From: the human T2T-CHM13v2.0 reference genome, Homo sapiens
Assembly: GCF_009914755.1 (NCBI RefSeq)
Contig: NC_060927.1
DNA: 64,000 nucleotides
Strand: one strand, 5' to 3'
Shown in pieces: positions 25,738 through 39,590 of this stretch (position 1 is its first letter; the number at the start of each line of letters is the position of its first letter). A model generated the notes under the pieces. The model saw only the letters and a program-made list of their open reading frames with translations, had not been told where the DNA came from and ran no database searches. The position numbers and the translations under genes were made by a program.

Positions 25738-27761
25738 CTTTTTAAAATAATTTCAACTTTAAAATTAGATTCAGGGAGTAGGTATATAGGATTGTTACAT
25801 GGGTATATTGAGTGATGGTGAAGTTTGAGGTATTATTGATCCTGTCACCCAGGTAGTGAGCATAGTATCCAAGAGTTTTTCAACCCTTGATCCCTTCTGT
25901 CCCTCCCTTATCCAGTAGTTCCCAGTGTCTGTTATTGCCATCTTTGTGCGTACCCAATGTTTAGCTTCCACTTTTAAGTGAGAACATGTGGTATTTGGTT
26001 TTCTGTTCCTGCATTAATTTGTTTGGATAATGGCCTCCAGTTGCTTCCAATGTTACTGTGAAGGACATGGTTTCATTCCTTTTTATGGCTGTGTAGTATT
26101 CCACAGCATATATTTACCACATTTTCTTTATCCAGTCCACCATTGATGGTCACCTAGGTTGCTGTCTTTGCTACTGTGAATACTGCTGCTGTGATGAATA
26201 TGTGGGTCCCTGTTTCTTTTTGGCAGAACAATTTGTTTTCTTTTGGATCAATACCCAGTAATGGGATTGCTGGGTCAAATGGTAGTTCTGTTTTAAGTTC
26301 TTTGGAGTTCTTGAGCAATCTCCAACTGCTTTCTACAGTGGCTGAACTAATTTACATTCTCTGAGAAGTGTCTTTTCATGTCTTTTGCCCACTTTTTAAT
26401 GGGGCTACTTGTTTTTCACTTGTTGAATTGTTTACGTTCCTTATGAATTCTAGATATTAGACCTTTGTCAGATGCATCGTTTGTAACTATTTTCTCCTAT
26501 TCTGTAGGCTGTCTTAATCTGTTGATAATTTGTTTTGCTGTGCATAAGCTCATTCATTTAATTAGGTCCCAACTGTCAATTTTTGTTTTTGTTACAATTG
26601 CTTTTGAGGACTTGGTCTTAAATTCTTTCCCAAGGCCAGTGTTCAGAATGGTGTTTCCTAGGTTTTCTTCTAGAATTCTTATAATTGGAGGTCTTACATT
26701 GAAATCTTTAATTCATCTCACGTTAACTTTTGTATATGGTAAAAGGTAGGGGTCCAGTTTTTTTCTTCTGCATACTGCATATCGCTAGCCAGCTATCCCA
26801 GCACCATTTATTGAATGGGGAGTCCTTTCTCCATTGCTTATTTTTGTTGACATTGTCATGTTCACATGTTCAGAAGGCAGTAGGTGTGAGGCTTTATTTC
26901 TGGTCTCTCTATTCTGTTCCATTGATTTATGTCTCTGCTTTCGTACTAGTACTATGCTGTTTTGGTTATGGTATCTTTATAAGACAGTTTGAAGTCGGAT
27001 AGTGTGATGCTTCCCTGGCTTTGTTCTTTTTACTTAGTATTGCTTTGGGTATTTGGCTCTTTTTTCATTCCATATGAATTTCAGAATAGATTTTTCTAAT
27101 TCTGTGCAAAATGACATTGGTAGTTTGATAGAAATAGTATTAAATCTGTAGATTGCTTTGGGCACTATGGACATTATAACAACATTGATTTTTCCAATTT
27201 ATGAGCATAGGATGTTTTTTCATTTGTTTGTGTCATCTGTGATTTTTTTTAGCAGTGTTTTTCAGTTCTTCTTGTAGAAATCTTTTATGGCCTTGGTTGA
27301 ATGTATTCCTAGGTATTTCATTTTTTGGCTGTTGTAAATGGGATTATGTTCTTGATTTGGCTATCAGCTTGGACATTATTGACGTATATAAATGCTACTT
27401 TTTTTTGTACATTGATTTTGTATCCTGAAACTTTACCGAATTTGTTTATCAGCTCCAGGAGCCTTTGGCTTCTGGATTCTAGGTGTGGAATCTATGTGAT
27501 TCTATATGATTCTAGGTATAGAGGCATGTTATTAGTGAAGAGTGATCGTTTGACTTCATGTTTTCCTATTTGGATGCCTTTTATTTCTTTCACTTGCTTG
27601 ATTGCCCTGGCTGGGACTTCCAGCACTATGTGGAATAGGGGTGGTGAGAGTGGGCATCCTTGTCTTTTACTGGTTCTTTAGGGGAATGCTTCCAACCTTT
27701 GCCTGTTTAGGATGATGTTGGCTATGGGTTTGTCATAAGTGGCTTTTATTATTTTGAGGTA
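25738..27761 (-). mobile_element. L1PA15/16-like LINE-1, ~2 kb 3' portion, with an internal deletion near 26362
   Basis: Antisense 3' UTR 'ttcaacttt...tagattcaggg...gatcctgtcacccaggtagtgagcatagta' runs into ORF2 ('[26 protein letters not shown]' on the minus strand). Confidence 0.95.
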
Positions 27762-27764
27762 ATT

Positions 27765-28930
27765 AACATTTTTTGATTGAAGTATAATATACATAAATTG
27801 CATATGCTGTAAGCACACATGGGAGTGAATTTTTAAACACATCTTTGTATCCAGCACCCAGAAGTTATTCATCTGATTCCTTCCTGTGACTAACCCAGTC
27901 CTTTCCCATCAAAGATAACCACTCTCCTAACTTCTGACTCCATACACTAGATTTCCTTATTTGTATATTTTATATAAATGAAATCAAATAGTATGGGATC
28001 TTTTGTGTGTGGCTTCTTTTGCTCAAATTCATATTTGTAAGATTTATCCACATTGTTGTGTGTTGTACTATAATCTATTCTCATTGCTCCATAATATTCT
28101 ATTATGTGTTTATGCTTCAAGTTATTTATCTATTCTATCATTGCTAGGCATCTGGGTTGTTTCCAACTTGGAGCTTTTGTAAATAGTGCAATTATAAACA
28201 TTCTCATACATATATTTTAGTGAATATCACAGCATAATTCTAGCAGAAGAACTGCTGGGTCATATATAGATGTGTGTATATATAATATAACATATATAGA
28301 TGTGTGTATATATAATATATACACACAATATGTGTATATTATATATTATATATACACATATTGTGCATATAATATATATATAATATATGTACACATATGC
28401 AATATAATATATACATATATTATATATATTATATACATATTTACACATATACACATATACACAAACACACACATGTTTATATATGTAAACATATGTGTAT
28501 ATTTATACATATATACATGTTTAATAGATAGTAACAGTTTTTTAAGTGGCTGTACCCATGAAGACCGTCACCAATGATTTGTTAGAATTCTAGTGGCTCT
28601 ACATTTTTGTAATTTTTGCATTTTTATCTCTTTAATCTTAGTCATTCTATCAGAGGGTAGCCCTAAAGACTAATAAGGTTAAGTGCCATTACATATGTTT
28701 ATTGGTCTTTTGGTTTAATTGCTTTTGTGAAATGTGTTCACGTGTTCAAGTCATTTGCCTTTTTGTGCTTTGTGTGATGTAGGCCCAGTTGGGCATGCAT
28801 TACTTACTAAAGAGAAAATCCATTCTCCACCGTGACACAGTGCCAACTTTGTCATGAAATTGGTGGCTGTTATTTTTAGATCTATCTCTGTATCCTCTAT
28901 TCTGTTGAACTATTCTTGTACCAAATCTAA
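27765..28930 (-). mobile_element. Old L1M (MD/ME-type) 3' fragment containing a TA-rich expansion
   Basis: 'ttgaagtataatatacat...atataaatgaaatcaaatagtatg...tggcttcttttgctcaa...gggttgtttcca'. Confidence 0.85.
28261..28518 (+). repeat. (TA)n/(CA)n low-complexity tract with a 30-bp internal duplication
   Basis: 'catatatagatgtgtgtatatataatata' at 28261 and 28291, then degenerate TA/CA. Confidence 0.95.
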
Positions 28931-29399
28931 TTTGTCTGAAATAACCGAAACACCATTTCCATTAAAATAACTTGAGTAACTTAGATTCTTTAAAAAGGAG
29001 AAAAAAAATTATGTTATTCTTTGTAAAAATAATACATTCTAGAATAGTTAGTATAAATTCAAATTTAACATATTGAATAATAAAAATGTCCAGCACTTTT
29101 CATTCATACATGAAACATATACTCCACTGCTTGAAAGATAAATAATGTAACAATATGGCATCTATTTAATAATGTTCACTCAATAACTAGAGTATGCTAA
29201 ACACCAGTAATAAAAATGGTGTTTTTAAGACATACCTTTTGTTTTCAGCATGTGTATAGAGGGAGATAGGCATATAAAGAAATCAAGCACATTATAAGGT
29301 GATATGCTATTTCTGTAAAATAAACATCTAATATTCCTGGGTTTGATGGGGATGAAGACATGTGAGCTGAAGTAAAATCTGAAGGAAATCTCAATGGCA

Positions 29400-30400
29400 G
29401 CTCTCCGAAGACTAGATGGAGGCCTTGAAAACTGAGATGGATTCATCCAGTTTACTGTCTTCTAGAACAATAAAATTATGGAACAACAGAGGGAAAAATT
29501 AAAGAGATTGAGGAAAGTGTAATGTAATGGACTTTTAAGCTAGTTAGTCCAGGAAGTGAACAGAAGAAACTGCTCATAGGAATAAAATAGAGGGGCCAAG
29601 GAATTGGAAATCCCTATGAGAAAAAAAAGAAAAATGCCATGGGAGATAAAGAGTAAGACAGCAGAAAAGATAGGAGGATGTGGATGGAGAACATAGTTCT
29701 TTAAATGCAAATTGTGTGTGGATGACTTATCTAAGATACTGATATAAGAGTGAAAGATTTCAGAGGAAATGAGGTCAAAGTCACTAACAATGAAAATTAA
29801 TTGAAGAATTAAGGTATTAGTTGGGTCTTACTGATTCATGTTAAAGTAAATCAGGATAGTGGCGGAACATGGAGTGGGAGGAAACAGTGATTCTGGTACT
29901 AAGGTCTTCAGTGAATGAAAAGGAGAACAGGAATTGTTATTAAGTAGCTGAGGATATGAAGACTGTGTTATTACCCGACGTAATTAATTTCAGTGTCTCA
30001 GTGACTAAGAAATGGCCCGGCAGTGCATCCAAGAAGCAAGAATGGTGATCTTCTCATCTAAAAACTCTGGAATGTGTGTATTCTGTGGTAATGAGCATCT
30101 TCCAATTAAGAGGGCTACAGGGCAAATGGTGTCCTCAGGGAAAGCCAAGTTTCTGTTAGGCAGGAATGCAATGGGAAGATATTGAAGGTGACTGGGATTC
30201 CTAGAGGTGCAGTTAAAAAAAAAAAAAGTTTTAGAGGAAAAGACAGCAGTAGGAGCTAGATTGGCATCAGGGAAGGACATGCAGTACAGCAGAGGAAAGT
30301 TTAAGAAAAGAGCAGATAGATGAGCATGAAGGTATTTGTGAGGCACTATGGAATTAACAGACTTCAAGAATTTAAAAATACATGGACCCAGAAATCCCTT
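29400..30400 (-). mobile_element. L2 relic reaching the N-terminal endonuclease region of ORF2
   Basis: Minus strand 30139-30159 reads L-T-E-T-W-L-S (APE motif), followed by P-E-D-T in a shifted frame; purine-rich antisense L2 character. Confidence 0.7.
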
Positions 30401-30849
30401 GGAAAAGATGAGTTCTGGTAGATATCCTTGGGACTGGTTGTCTCTTCTATAGATATTTTAAGTCTAGTGAACAGAATCCTTGATGAAAAAATGCATGAAC
30501 TAATCTCAGAAATTATTTTATTCTGTAAGAAAAAAAACTAGGATTTAATTGGAAAAATAGATGGAAGGTAAGAAAAGAAGCTGATGGCAGGAAAATCAGT
30601 TGAAATAACTAGTAGCAATAATCTAAATAAGAGAAGAAAAAGATGATAGCAATTTGGATAGAAAGTAGAGGCCAGATTTTATAGACACTTCAGAGATAGA
30701 AACAAGATTTGTTCTTGAATATGGATATAGGATTAGATATGGGTAGTTAGAGAGAAGTTGTGGTTGAGGTTTACCTACTTCCCAGATTAGAAGTCTGAGT
30801 GGATGCCTTGCAAGTTGATTAACCAAAGATAATAGAGGAGTTAATGTAT

Positions 30850-31355
30850 ACTTAGGCTGAATATTATGGCTATCTCTTTTTTTATGCCTCCCCAACATCC
30901 ATTATCTTTTATATGAAAACAATTCCATGTATCCATTGGAAATGGATCCTGCCTCCTTTCCACAGTCCATGTTTTAAATGTAGTTGACTCCATTGCCACT
31001 ACCACAGGTGGCAAATCACAGTATGGGATATTCTTGGTATATATTGATACATTGGGAGGAGAGGATCTCTCTTTGGGTTTGGACCTGCTGAGGGGAAATG
31101 ATGTAATTCTGAAGCTGCTGTGCATACTACAGAATGGAGCCAGAACAGAAGACAGCTGAACCCTGAGGTGAAAAACTGGATTATGATATTTGTTGGGAAC
31201 CTCTTAATGAAATCGTTACTAAAGCTAATGAGTTCCTTGGAATTTTCTGATACACAGCCAAAATATTTATTCTCTCTTCTCTCCTTTTCTCCTCTCCTCT
31301 GAACTTTGTCATTTTTGTGTGTGATTTTAACAATAGAAAAGTTTTGACTAATGTA
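30850..31355 (+). mobile_element. MLT1K/J-like LTR inserted in an L2 fragment
   Basis: 'acagtccatgttttaaatgtagttgactcc...tgaagctgctg...ggaattttctgatacacagccaaaa...gaaaagttttgactaatgta'. Confidence 0.7.
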
Positions 31356-32559
31356 ATTGAGAAGGAAGTATGGGGAAGTATTTTAATTTTTCATTAGAAA
31401 TATTAAATTCTAGGTAGCTGTACTAAAATCTGATAAAGATGGCTAGTGGGCGATTAAAAATAGGCTCTAAAGCTCAGAAGAAAAGTCAGGGTCAGAGACA
31501 AAAGTAAAATGTATATAAAAGGTTCTTGAAGTCAGGGATTCAGAAAATTCATTCAGCATGAGCAAAGAGAATAAGACTCAGGGATATGATTTCAGTCCAA
31601 GGACAAGGTCACAGAAAAGGCTGGCATTCAGAGACTAAGGCATTGAGCAGGCAAAAAAAGCAGAAGGAATAGTAAGAGAGGCCGACAGCTGAGAAAGCCG
31701 ATCATAACCGTATGGGTGGGAAGCAAATTTCTAAGGCCAAAGCACTTTTGAAATTCAGAAGAGTGCAATCAAAGCATCCTAGACAAACTGTTTCTGTGTA
31801 GGAACAACACAAGGAGCTGTCCTAGAATGTAAACCAACTCAGCACTCTGCTTAGCTCAGCTAACTTTTGTTTTGTAACAAGACTTTCTCTATGTGAAGGA
31901 AACAATGTGTACATTTGTGCTGTGGCACAGGCTTCTTATCTCAGACCTAGTAACAGTTTGTTGATCATACCTTGAGCAGCATTGATCTAGATCAAACTCT
32001 GTTGGTGATTATTCTGCAATATAATTAATTAGATCAGTTAACATCACTTATTGTCGGGAAGACAGATTGCAAATTATTTCAGTATTTTACATTAAATAAG
32101 ATAGATTGCGAAGTTATTAAATTATTTCATGGAATGAAAATAGGAAATGAACTAGGCATATACAGACTAATAAGCCTGGAAGTGCTGTTGAGAAGCAAGA
32201 GAGTTGATCTCATCTATCAATCCTGGAATGAGCTCAATCTGTAGTAATGAGCATCTTCCGGTTGAAAGGGTTATATGGGAAATGGTATTCTCGGGGACTT
32301 TGTAATGAAGGGGTTTCCAGATTAATTTTGAAAAAAAAACTTAGTTAAAATAATTTTGCTAAAAGATTTTTACTTGGACTCTGATGTCTAAACCCCATCA
32401 CCAGAGCTCTCTGTGGAGTAGAAGGGCTGAGGGTGGGAGGGGCAGAGAGTGGTCTGCTCAGGGACCACCTTTCCTCTGTGCTACTCCTTAAGGCGCCAAA
32501 AGGAGCCAGGGGTTTCACATGTCATAGTTTGAAAACCACTGGGGCAGACAATAAAAAGC

Positions 32560-32730
32560 AATTAGCTTTGAATTCTGCGTTGACACTTGACTCATGTACT
32601 TTTTGGCTCTGTGACCTGAAGAAAGCCACTTACGCTCCTTGAGGCTCAGTTTTCTAATCTATAAGACTGAGATAACAATAGCATTTTGAAAGAGTGGTTC
32701 TGATGATCTAATCCGTTGGTATAAGCGAAG
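32560..32730 (+). mobile_element. MIR
   Basis: 'ctctgtgacctgaagaaagccactta...gaggctcagttttctaatctataagactgagataacaatag'. Confidence 0.8.
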
Positions 32731-33384
32731 GTGCCTTGTGTAGTTTTAAGGACCTGACAGAGCAGGTTAATCTTTCATTCAGAGAGGGCCTCTCCAGTTT
32801 TCCCCACAGGCCCACATGCCGCAGGGAACTCGGGCAGCAGAAACTGTGCCGCCTCAAGTTAGTGCTTGAATATCTCAAGTTTAATAGCTTCCCCAAACCT
32901 GGTTGCTTCCAGGCATGTGAATGAGCACCACTGTGTAGTGGAGTCTTGTCATCACGGGCAGGGACTTGCTACGGTGTCCGGGGGTCAGAGTCCATGCATG
33001 TTAACAGCACTATCAAGGGTACAACCTAAACCTTCAGTCTCAAAGGTCTGACATAAAAAGAAAGGAAATCTTTTTTTTTTCTTAGAAGTTTAATTCAGAA
33101 CTCTAGACTTCTTGACACTCTTTTTGAGTCTCTAAGGGAGACTTGAACTTCCTATATAATTTCTTTCTTTTCTCACCTTACCTCCTTCTTCTTGCTTTTC
33201 CTCATCAGTTGCTCCCTCACTCCACATATTGATCTTGTATTTTAATGATGATTAGAAGTCATGCATATGTACAGTAGGTTTCTGGAAACTTAGAAACTGT
33301 ACATACATCTTTTCTTACTTGTCATGTGTCCCTTTTGATTAAAAATGGCATTACCAAGTTTCCTCACTTTCCTCATTCCCTTTG

Positions 33385-33840
33385 TTCCAATTGACATTGA
33401 ATTACAAAAGAAAAATCAGTTCCAACTTCAAACACTGAAGATGCCATATCCTCAGGAAAATGCAAAAGCTTGTGACTCATCTTTCAAAGGCAATCTTTAA
33501 ACAAAAGTTGCAAAAGTACTTTGAGTAATGACAATAATGCTAAAGTAATAATTCCAAGAGCCATTATTAATTAATCACTTGTTTAGTATAAAGCACTTAC
33601 TAAGTTCCATTGTATTTAACTCTTAATTCTTATAATACCCATATGAAGGAGTTAACACTATTATCCTCAGTTTACTGATGGGAACATGGAGGCACAGAAT
33701 GGTTGAGTTAACTTCTCAAGGTCACACAGCTAGAAATTGAGGAGGTAGTATTCAAAGCTTGGCTGACTGCAGAGACTGGCTTTTAACAATACGCTATCAC
33801 AATGTAAGTTCATAGTTTCCAAGGTGACTGATTTGTCAAA
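33385..33840 (+). mobile_element. MARNA (Tc1/mariner) relic, split by a MIR
   Basis: 'aaaaatcagttccaacttcaaa...aaaggcaatctttaaacaaaagttgcaaaagtactttgagtaatgaca' continues after the MIR as 'taagttcatagtttccaaggtgactgatttg'. Confidence 0.65.
33550..33800 (-). mobile_element. MIR
   Basis: 'ctattatcctcagtttactgatgggaacatggaggcacagaatggttgagttaacttctcaaggtcacacagctag'. Confidence 0.9.
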
Positions 33841-34998
33841 TGATTAATACCAATTGCTCTCCTTCCCAAGATAAAAGTCAAAAAGATAGAGTTAAGAAGA
33901 AGAAAGCCTTTGCACTGGTCTGACTCACTGGTAGTTTTATGAAACAGTATATAGAAAAGGGAATATAATTTTCATTGATTCATGTACTCTCAGATGCTCC
34001 ACAGCAGAAGGCTTTAGAGGACTCAACAGATTGCTCCCTAATCATCCAAATCCAGGCATTTTCTCATGAATAAAAGTTTGTAATATTTTCAAACTATTTA
34101 GAGATTGGCAGCTGGATACACTATTAATTCCTTTTGGAGCATCCCACTTAAGATGGGCTTTAATGCATGCAGCATTTTATTTTTAATTAAAATACTTAGT
34201 TCAGGGAGTATTTATTAATAATTCTAACAGCAGCAGATGGACTGTTTATGTGTTGTAACAATCTTTACCCAAAATCAGTCAAAATAATTAACAAAATGTA
34301 AATTATTAAGCACTTAAATATGTATTATGTATCATTACCATTCCCATACCATATTTTCATCTTTTATGAGTAAAAAAAAAGACAGTTAAATAATAATATA
34401 TAGAATATTGCATACCAAATGTTCACAAAACTAGTTTCTGAAAAGAGTTTCTTGTTTTGTTACATTAAAAATATCATTTGTATCGGTAGCATTTTCTAAC
34501 ATTCCTGCTGCCTAGAAATGGAGTTAAAGACAAAATTAAATAAACAGAATGGTTCTTTGGTAAAAACATCTAAAGTGCTTTGCAAAATAATTGCTTCAAG
34601 TATTGAACAAGAACTTGAAAGCCAGGTGTGTCGTCATTTTTTGTTGAGACCCTGGAAAGTTCTTAATCTGTCCATTTTTCTGCAATTTGATAGGGTTGTT
34701 TTGTAACTTACGGTCTTAAAATTTCTTGAGAATTTTTGGCAGAAACAACCTTCAGTGTATAAAAGTATTTTTTCCTCTGTCTCCCTTGTCCCTGCCTCAT
34801 TCTACAATCATTATGCTGCCTCTACATCTATTTCTTTGACTCTTCAAATGAATAGTATTGCTTTATCTTCCTCATGTTCTTGGGTCATCAAAGTGAAATG
34901 CAGTTTTGTAACTGTCTTGGTGATCTCTGAGCACTTTATACTTTTTTTTATAGGCTAGGTTTTAACTAGATAATGACATTGAAAATTACATAGACTGA

Positions 34999-35328
34999 GG
35001 CTGGGTGCGGTGGCCCACGCCTGTAATCTCAGCACTTAGGGAGCCCAAGGTGGGTGGATCACTTGAGGTCAGGAATTTGAGGCTAGCCTGGCCAACATGG
35101 CAAAACCCCATCTCTACTAAAAATACAAACAGTAGCCAGGTGTGGTGGTGCACACCGGTAGTCCCAGCTACAGGGAGGCTGAGGCATGAGAACTGCTTGA
35201 ACTCAGTAGACGGATGCTGCAGTAAGACAAGATCGTGCCACTGCACTCCAGCCTGAGCGACAGAGAGAGACTTTGTCTCAATAATAATAATAATAGTAAT
35301 AATAATAATAATGAATAAATAAATAATA
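34999..35328 (+). mobile_element. AluSz-like Alu with (AAT)n tail
   Basis: Full dimer, 'gatcacttgaggtcagga'; tail (aat)n(aaat)n. Confidence 0.95.
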
Positions 35329-35659
35329 TAACTAGCAGAGTAAAGATTGTTTCATGGTTAAGACTGGGCATAACTCATGTACCAATTTGCTGCAGCGTTT
35401 GGTACAATATGTGTCTGTCTTAAAATTATGGAAACCATGAGTTTCACAGCATAGGTCCTAAAAACCATGCTTTGCTGTGGAAACAGTGTTTGTAGAAGTA
35501 GGGATTAAACAACTGCAATTTAATTAAAGTTGTATTTAAATTCAACTTTTAAAACTTATGTTAATTCAATTATTTAAATTCAATATTTTAATTCAAGTTG
35601 TATTTAAATGGTATTTTTAGATTATAATGTCAGCGGTAAAAGAGAACTTAAAGGTCATT

Positions 35660-35835
35660 TCAACTGTGTGACTTTGAATTTTGTCCTCATAGGCAATTCG
35701 TTTAAATTACCTAAGCCTTAGTTTCCTCACATGTACACCGAGGACAGGAATAGTACCTACCCAATAGATATATTGTGACTATTAAATGAGTTAGTCGGGA
35801 AAAATCTTTAATACAGCGTGTGGCATATGATAAGA
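35660..35835 (+). mobile_element. MIR
   Basis: 'taagccttagtttcctcacatgtacaccgaggacaggaatagtacctacc...attaaatgagtta'. Confidence 0.8.
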
Positions 35836-38800
35836 GACTTTATCTAATCCATCTCACTTCCTGAAAAAACTGATGAAGAAACTAAGTTCCTTCATCATTA
35901 TTTTTTCCCCCTAGATCACTAAATAGCTAGAAATGCCAGAAACAGACATGACATATCATGGATTCCAGGTCAGTGTTCTTATTTAATTAGGTATTCTTGA
36001 TGCCTATTTGTTGGAAAAGAACATTTGTCTCTTAATTTTTGGGTTATAATTGGCAATAAATAATCACATTTTGTCTACAGGAAGAACCACATCAGTAAAT
36101 TAGTCTTAGAGAGTGTTCAGTGGGTGCACTTCAATTATTTCATTTAATTTGCATCAAAAATATTTTAATCTAATTTATAATCTCTCTTATGGTTAATCTT
36201 AATACTTGTGAATGTTTTGTAGTAAATGTTATTTTCATAAATTTTTACCCTTTATGTAGTTTAAATTATGTTGTAGTTAAAACTATCAAATGATCACCAT
36301 AAACAATTACTGTGTGGGTTTTAACATCTAAACAATTTTAGTAACTAAATGAAACAGATTTTTTTGCAATTTGACCAAACGCATAAATCAGCAAAGCCAG
36401 GTGCAATACTTATTATAAATGAATGATTTTATTAATTTTTAGATCATTAAAACTTTTGCCTTCCAGCAGCTGTCTTCTGGAACAGCTGCTAATACTTATA
36501 TATAACATTTGTCAGTTTGTTGCATAAATCACATATATTGCTTTAAGGGAAGTTTAAGACATATTAATTATATTATATTCACTGAATGATTAAACTGATT
36601 TCAATTTTTTTGAAAGATTGGTAAGATAATTTGTGAATAGAGTTTTAAAAAATATTTGACTACTTATTATTTACATTTTTGTAAAATTTCCTTCTATTTG
36701 TGGGCCAAAGTAATTTATCTTATGACATGACTTAGCGTAAACCAAGATGATGATTTATATAACTTGCTTAAAGATAAGACATTAGCAGTTGTATTTATTT
36801 CCATGTTTTTTGACATTGAAGGTTAGTACTTACCACGTATGATGCCAACTTAGCAACGATAATGCATTGTCAGTGTGCAATGTGTCTTTCACCATTTAGT
36901 TCCCTTCTTTTCTCCCAAGTAGACATCTGTGGTCCATTCAGGGCAGAGCCACTACTCCTGGACCATAATGAGTCACTACTACTGTTCAAATGTCATCCGT
37001 TGAGGTGTTGAGTCTGTCTAGTCCCTGAGGTGTTTGAAGGCAGTCCTTCATTCTGCATTTCCTTCTTAGGTGGCTCAGGACAGTTGCTAAGCTTTGCAAA
37101 GTGCATGTGCAGTTGCCTTGAGGTTTCTAGGGTAGCATGTGTCTAGAGAGTTGCCAACATTAATTACCAGCATTTTCTGCTTCATATGGTGGCAGGGAGG
37201 AGAACTGGGGATTGAGCATGCTAGGTAGAACTTGAAGGAAAAAAAATGCCTTGTACTGTCTGCATATTTAGCATTCTGTCAGCCCCCTGGTCAACAGATC
37301 CTGCAAAAACCCCCAAGTAAAGCAAAGATGCAGATGCTCAGGGCTTGGCAATCAAAATCTTGGAATATCTCTAGAGTGGGAGTTGGCTTCATTAACTACT
37401 GTCAAATGTCTACCTTCCTAAAACCTTTATTCTGCTTGGAGTTTTACGTAAATGAGGCCATGACTCTTAGGATCAGAAATAAGGAGAGGGAGAAAGGAAA
37501 GAAACTAAGATCAATTTAAAAAGTTCATTCTTCGGATGTGAGGATCTCCTCGCCACAACCCAGTGAATTTTCTGAGAATACTTTATGGGGTTTTCAGTAT
37601 TTTCTGTAAGCCAGTTTTACCAATTTAAAAATGTTTCCTAGTTGGAAAAGTGCATTTTACTTTATTTGAATACATTTTTGGTAAGCTTGTTAAAATACTC
37701 ATACCTACATAATTTTTTTCTCTCTTATCCATCAATTATTTGGAAGTGAATCTACCTATTCCAGTAAACCCTATCCCATAGATGTTGGTGTTTAATTTTC
37801 CTTTTTTATCAAATCATCTCACTAATATTTTGATTTTCAATAGTATTATTAGCATTTTAAAAGATAAGTTCTGGACTCATTTTTTTTCAACACATAAAGG
37901 AATCTGTGTCCCTTAAAATTAAAATATTTTCTCTTCTATCCACTAAATGGTCCTTTACATAAAGACCTTGATATTGATAGCCACTCAATTCTCATGTAAA
38001 CATTTACTAAACATTCTGAAATTTCTGTGTTGACTATATACCTTGATAATATTTCTATCTTTTTTTTTTTAACTGACTCTTCTCTCCCTCAAGGTGTTTC
38101 TTATGTTCTTTACATTGGATTGAATCACTTGCTGTGTGAGGGGAGAGAGCCTATCTGCCTGGATGCTGATAAGGTTTCTGGCAGAGTTGATGCTGAACAC
38201 ATGCTTGCTGAGTGGAGAAAAGGGGACACCTTTCCACTATCGTAATTTAAGTAAAAAGAGGAGGGTAGAGACATCAGACCTCTTAATATGTACCTCACTG
38301 AGGAGAGAGAATAACAATTCTTTTCTAGGAAAACTAAAATAGTACAGGGCTAGAAAACACTAGTTGAACATTGAAACCAACTAGAAAAACAGGTTCCTAA
38401 CAGTCATTTAAAGCCCTAGTGAATGTATGCCCCAAGAGAAGAGGTTTAGAAACATTTAGCAAAGCTATACTTTGACTTTACTGAATAAATGAATCTTTAA
38501 AAGTAGCCCAGATTTTTATTTTAGCTTCAAAATTTGCCTTGGTTGTCTCATTGGAACCAATTTACAAATGTCAGAATTTGCATTAGAGTGACATCATATG
38601 GCTTTAATTAGGTATGTGATTGTTCTGGTCAATGATAATTATGAATTATTAGGTTCTACTCAAGCCAGGGAACTTGGATCTCAATTTCATATTTTAGGGT
38701 GAGGAGACAGTAGCAATGCAGTTCCTAAGGACAGAAAGACCAAAGTTTTGCCAGTTTGGAGTACCATGTGCTGTATTTGTAGATTACCTCTATTTTCTAG

Positions 38801-39199
38801 CTTATACCTGTCATGGAAAAATCAAAGCCCTTTCAGAAATTATACGTAGATAGATTATGCAAGTCTGTCAAATAAATGCCTCCTGTACAGGAAGGTTGGT
38901 AAGTTTTTACTTAGTAAAATCAGGAGGCAACTGTCAGAGACAGCACTAACATGGATAAGACTGGGTCATTTAGAGACTCACAAAGAAAACCACTGTCCTC
39001 GTTGGGAACTATGACAAAACAATGTCATTTTGTAATATAAATCCACCAAAAACTCATTAATAGATTCTGTTCATGGCCTATAAAAGCCATTCTCTCATTT
39101 CTTATTGCTTATGAAATCTCGTTTAAGATATTACATCAATCACATAGAGGCCCTTTGAATTGAGTAAAAACAAGGTCTGGCCTTGTTTGAGGTGGTTTG

Positions 39200-39590
39200 A
39201 GGTGAGCATATATCCTAGTTTTGGCCTGGGAAATAAAGGGGAATATCTACTAGAGTTTCTGGGAAGGTTTATTTTCACGGATAAAGAAAAATTTTGTTTT
39301 GCCTTTTATTTCCCACTGATCTGGGATGTGGAATAAGACAATAATGCCTGTTGCAGTGAAAGCCATTTTTTGACTATGAAGTGAGAAAACTAAGGAAGAA
39401 AAATCAACATATTTAAAAGGACAGAGAAATAAATTAAAAGACCCCAGTGTTAGTAGTAATATCATTGCTGCCACTCTGGAACCACCTGTCTTCAAACTTC
39501 TTATTGTGAGAAATAATTATATCCCTATATGTAAACCATTGACATTTGGCCATTATATTATTTGCAGCCAAATGTATTTTAATTGATACC
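39200..39590 (+). mobile_element. MLT1J-like LTR
   Basis: 'tttctgggaagg...agccattttttgactatgaag...aacttcttattgtgagaaataa...tatttgcagccaaatgtattttaattgatac'. Confidence 0.75.

Noticed and set aside
26176-27872. Cluster of 60-118-aa ORFs
   Set aside because: Antisense and fragmentary frames of a decayed L1PA ORF2.
28260-28577. Y/I/C-rich ORFs
   Set aside because: Translation of TA/CA low-complexity sequence.
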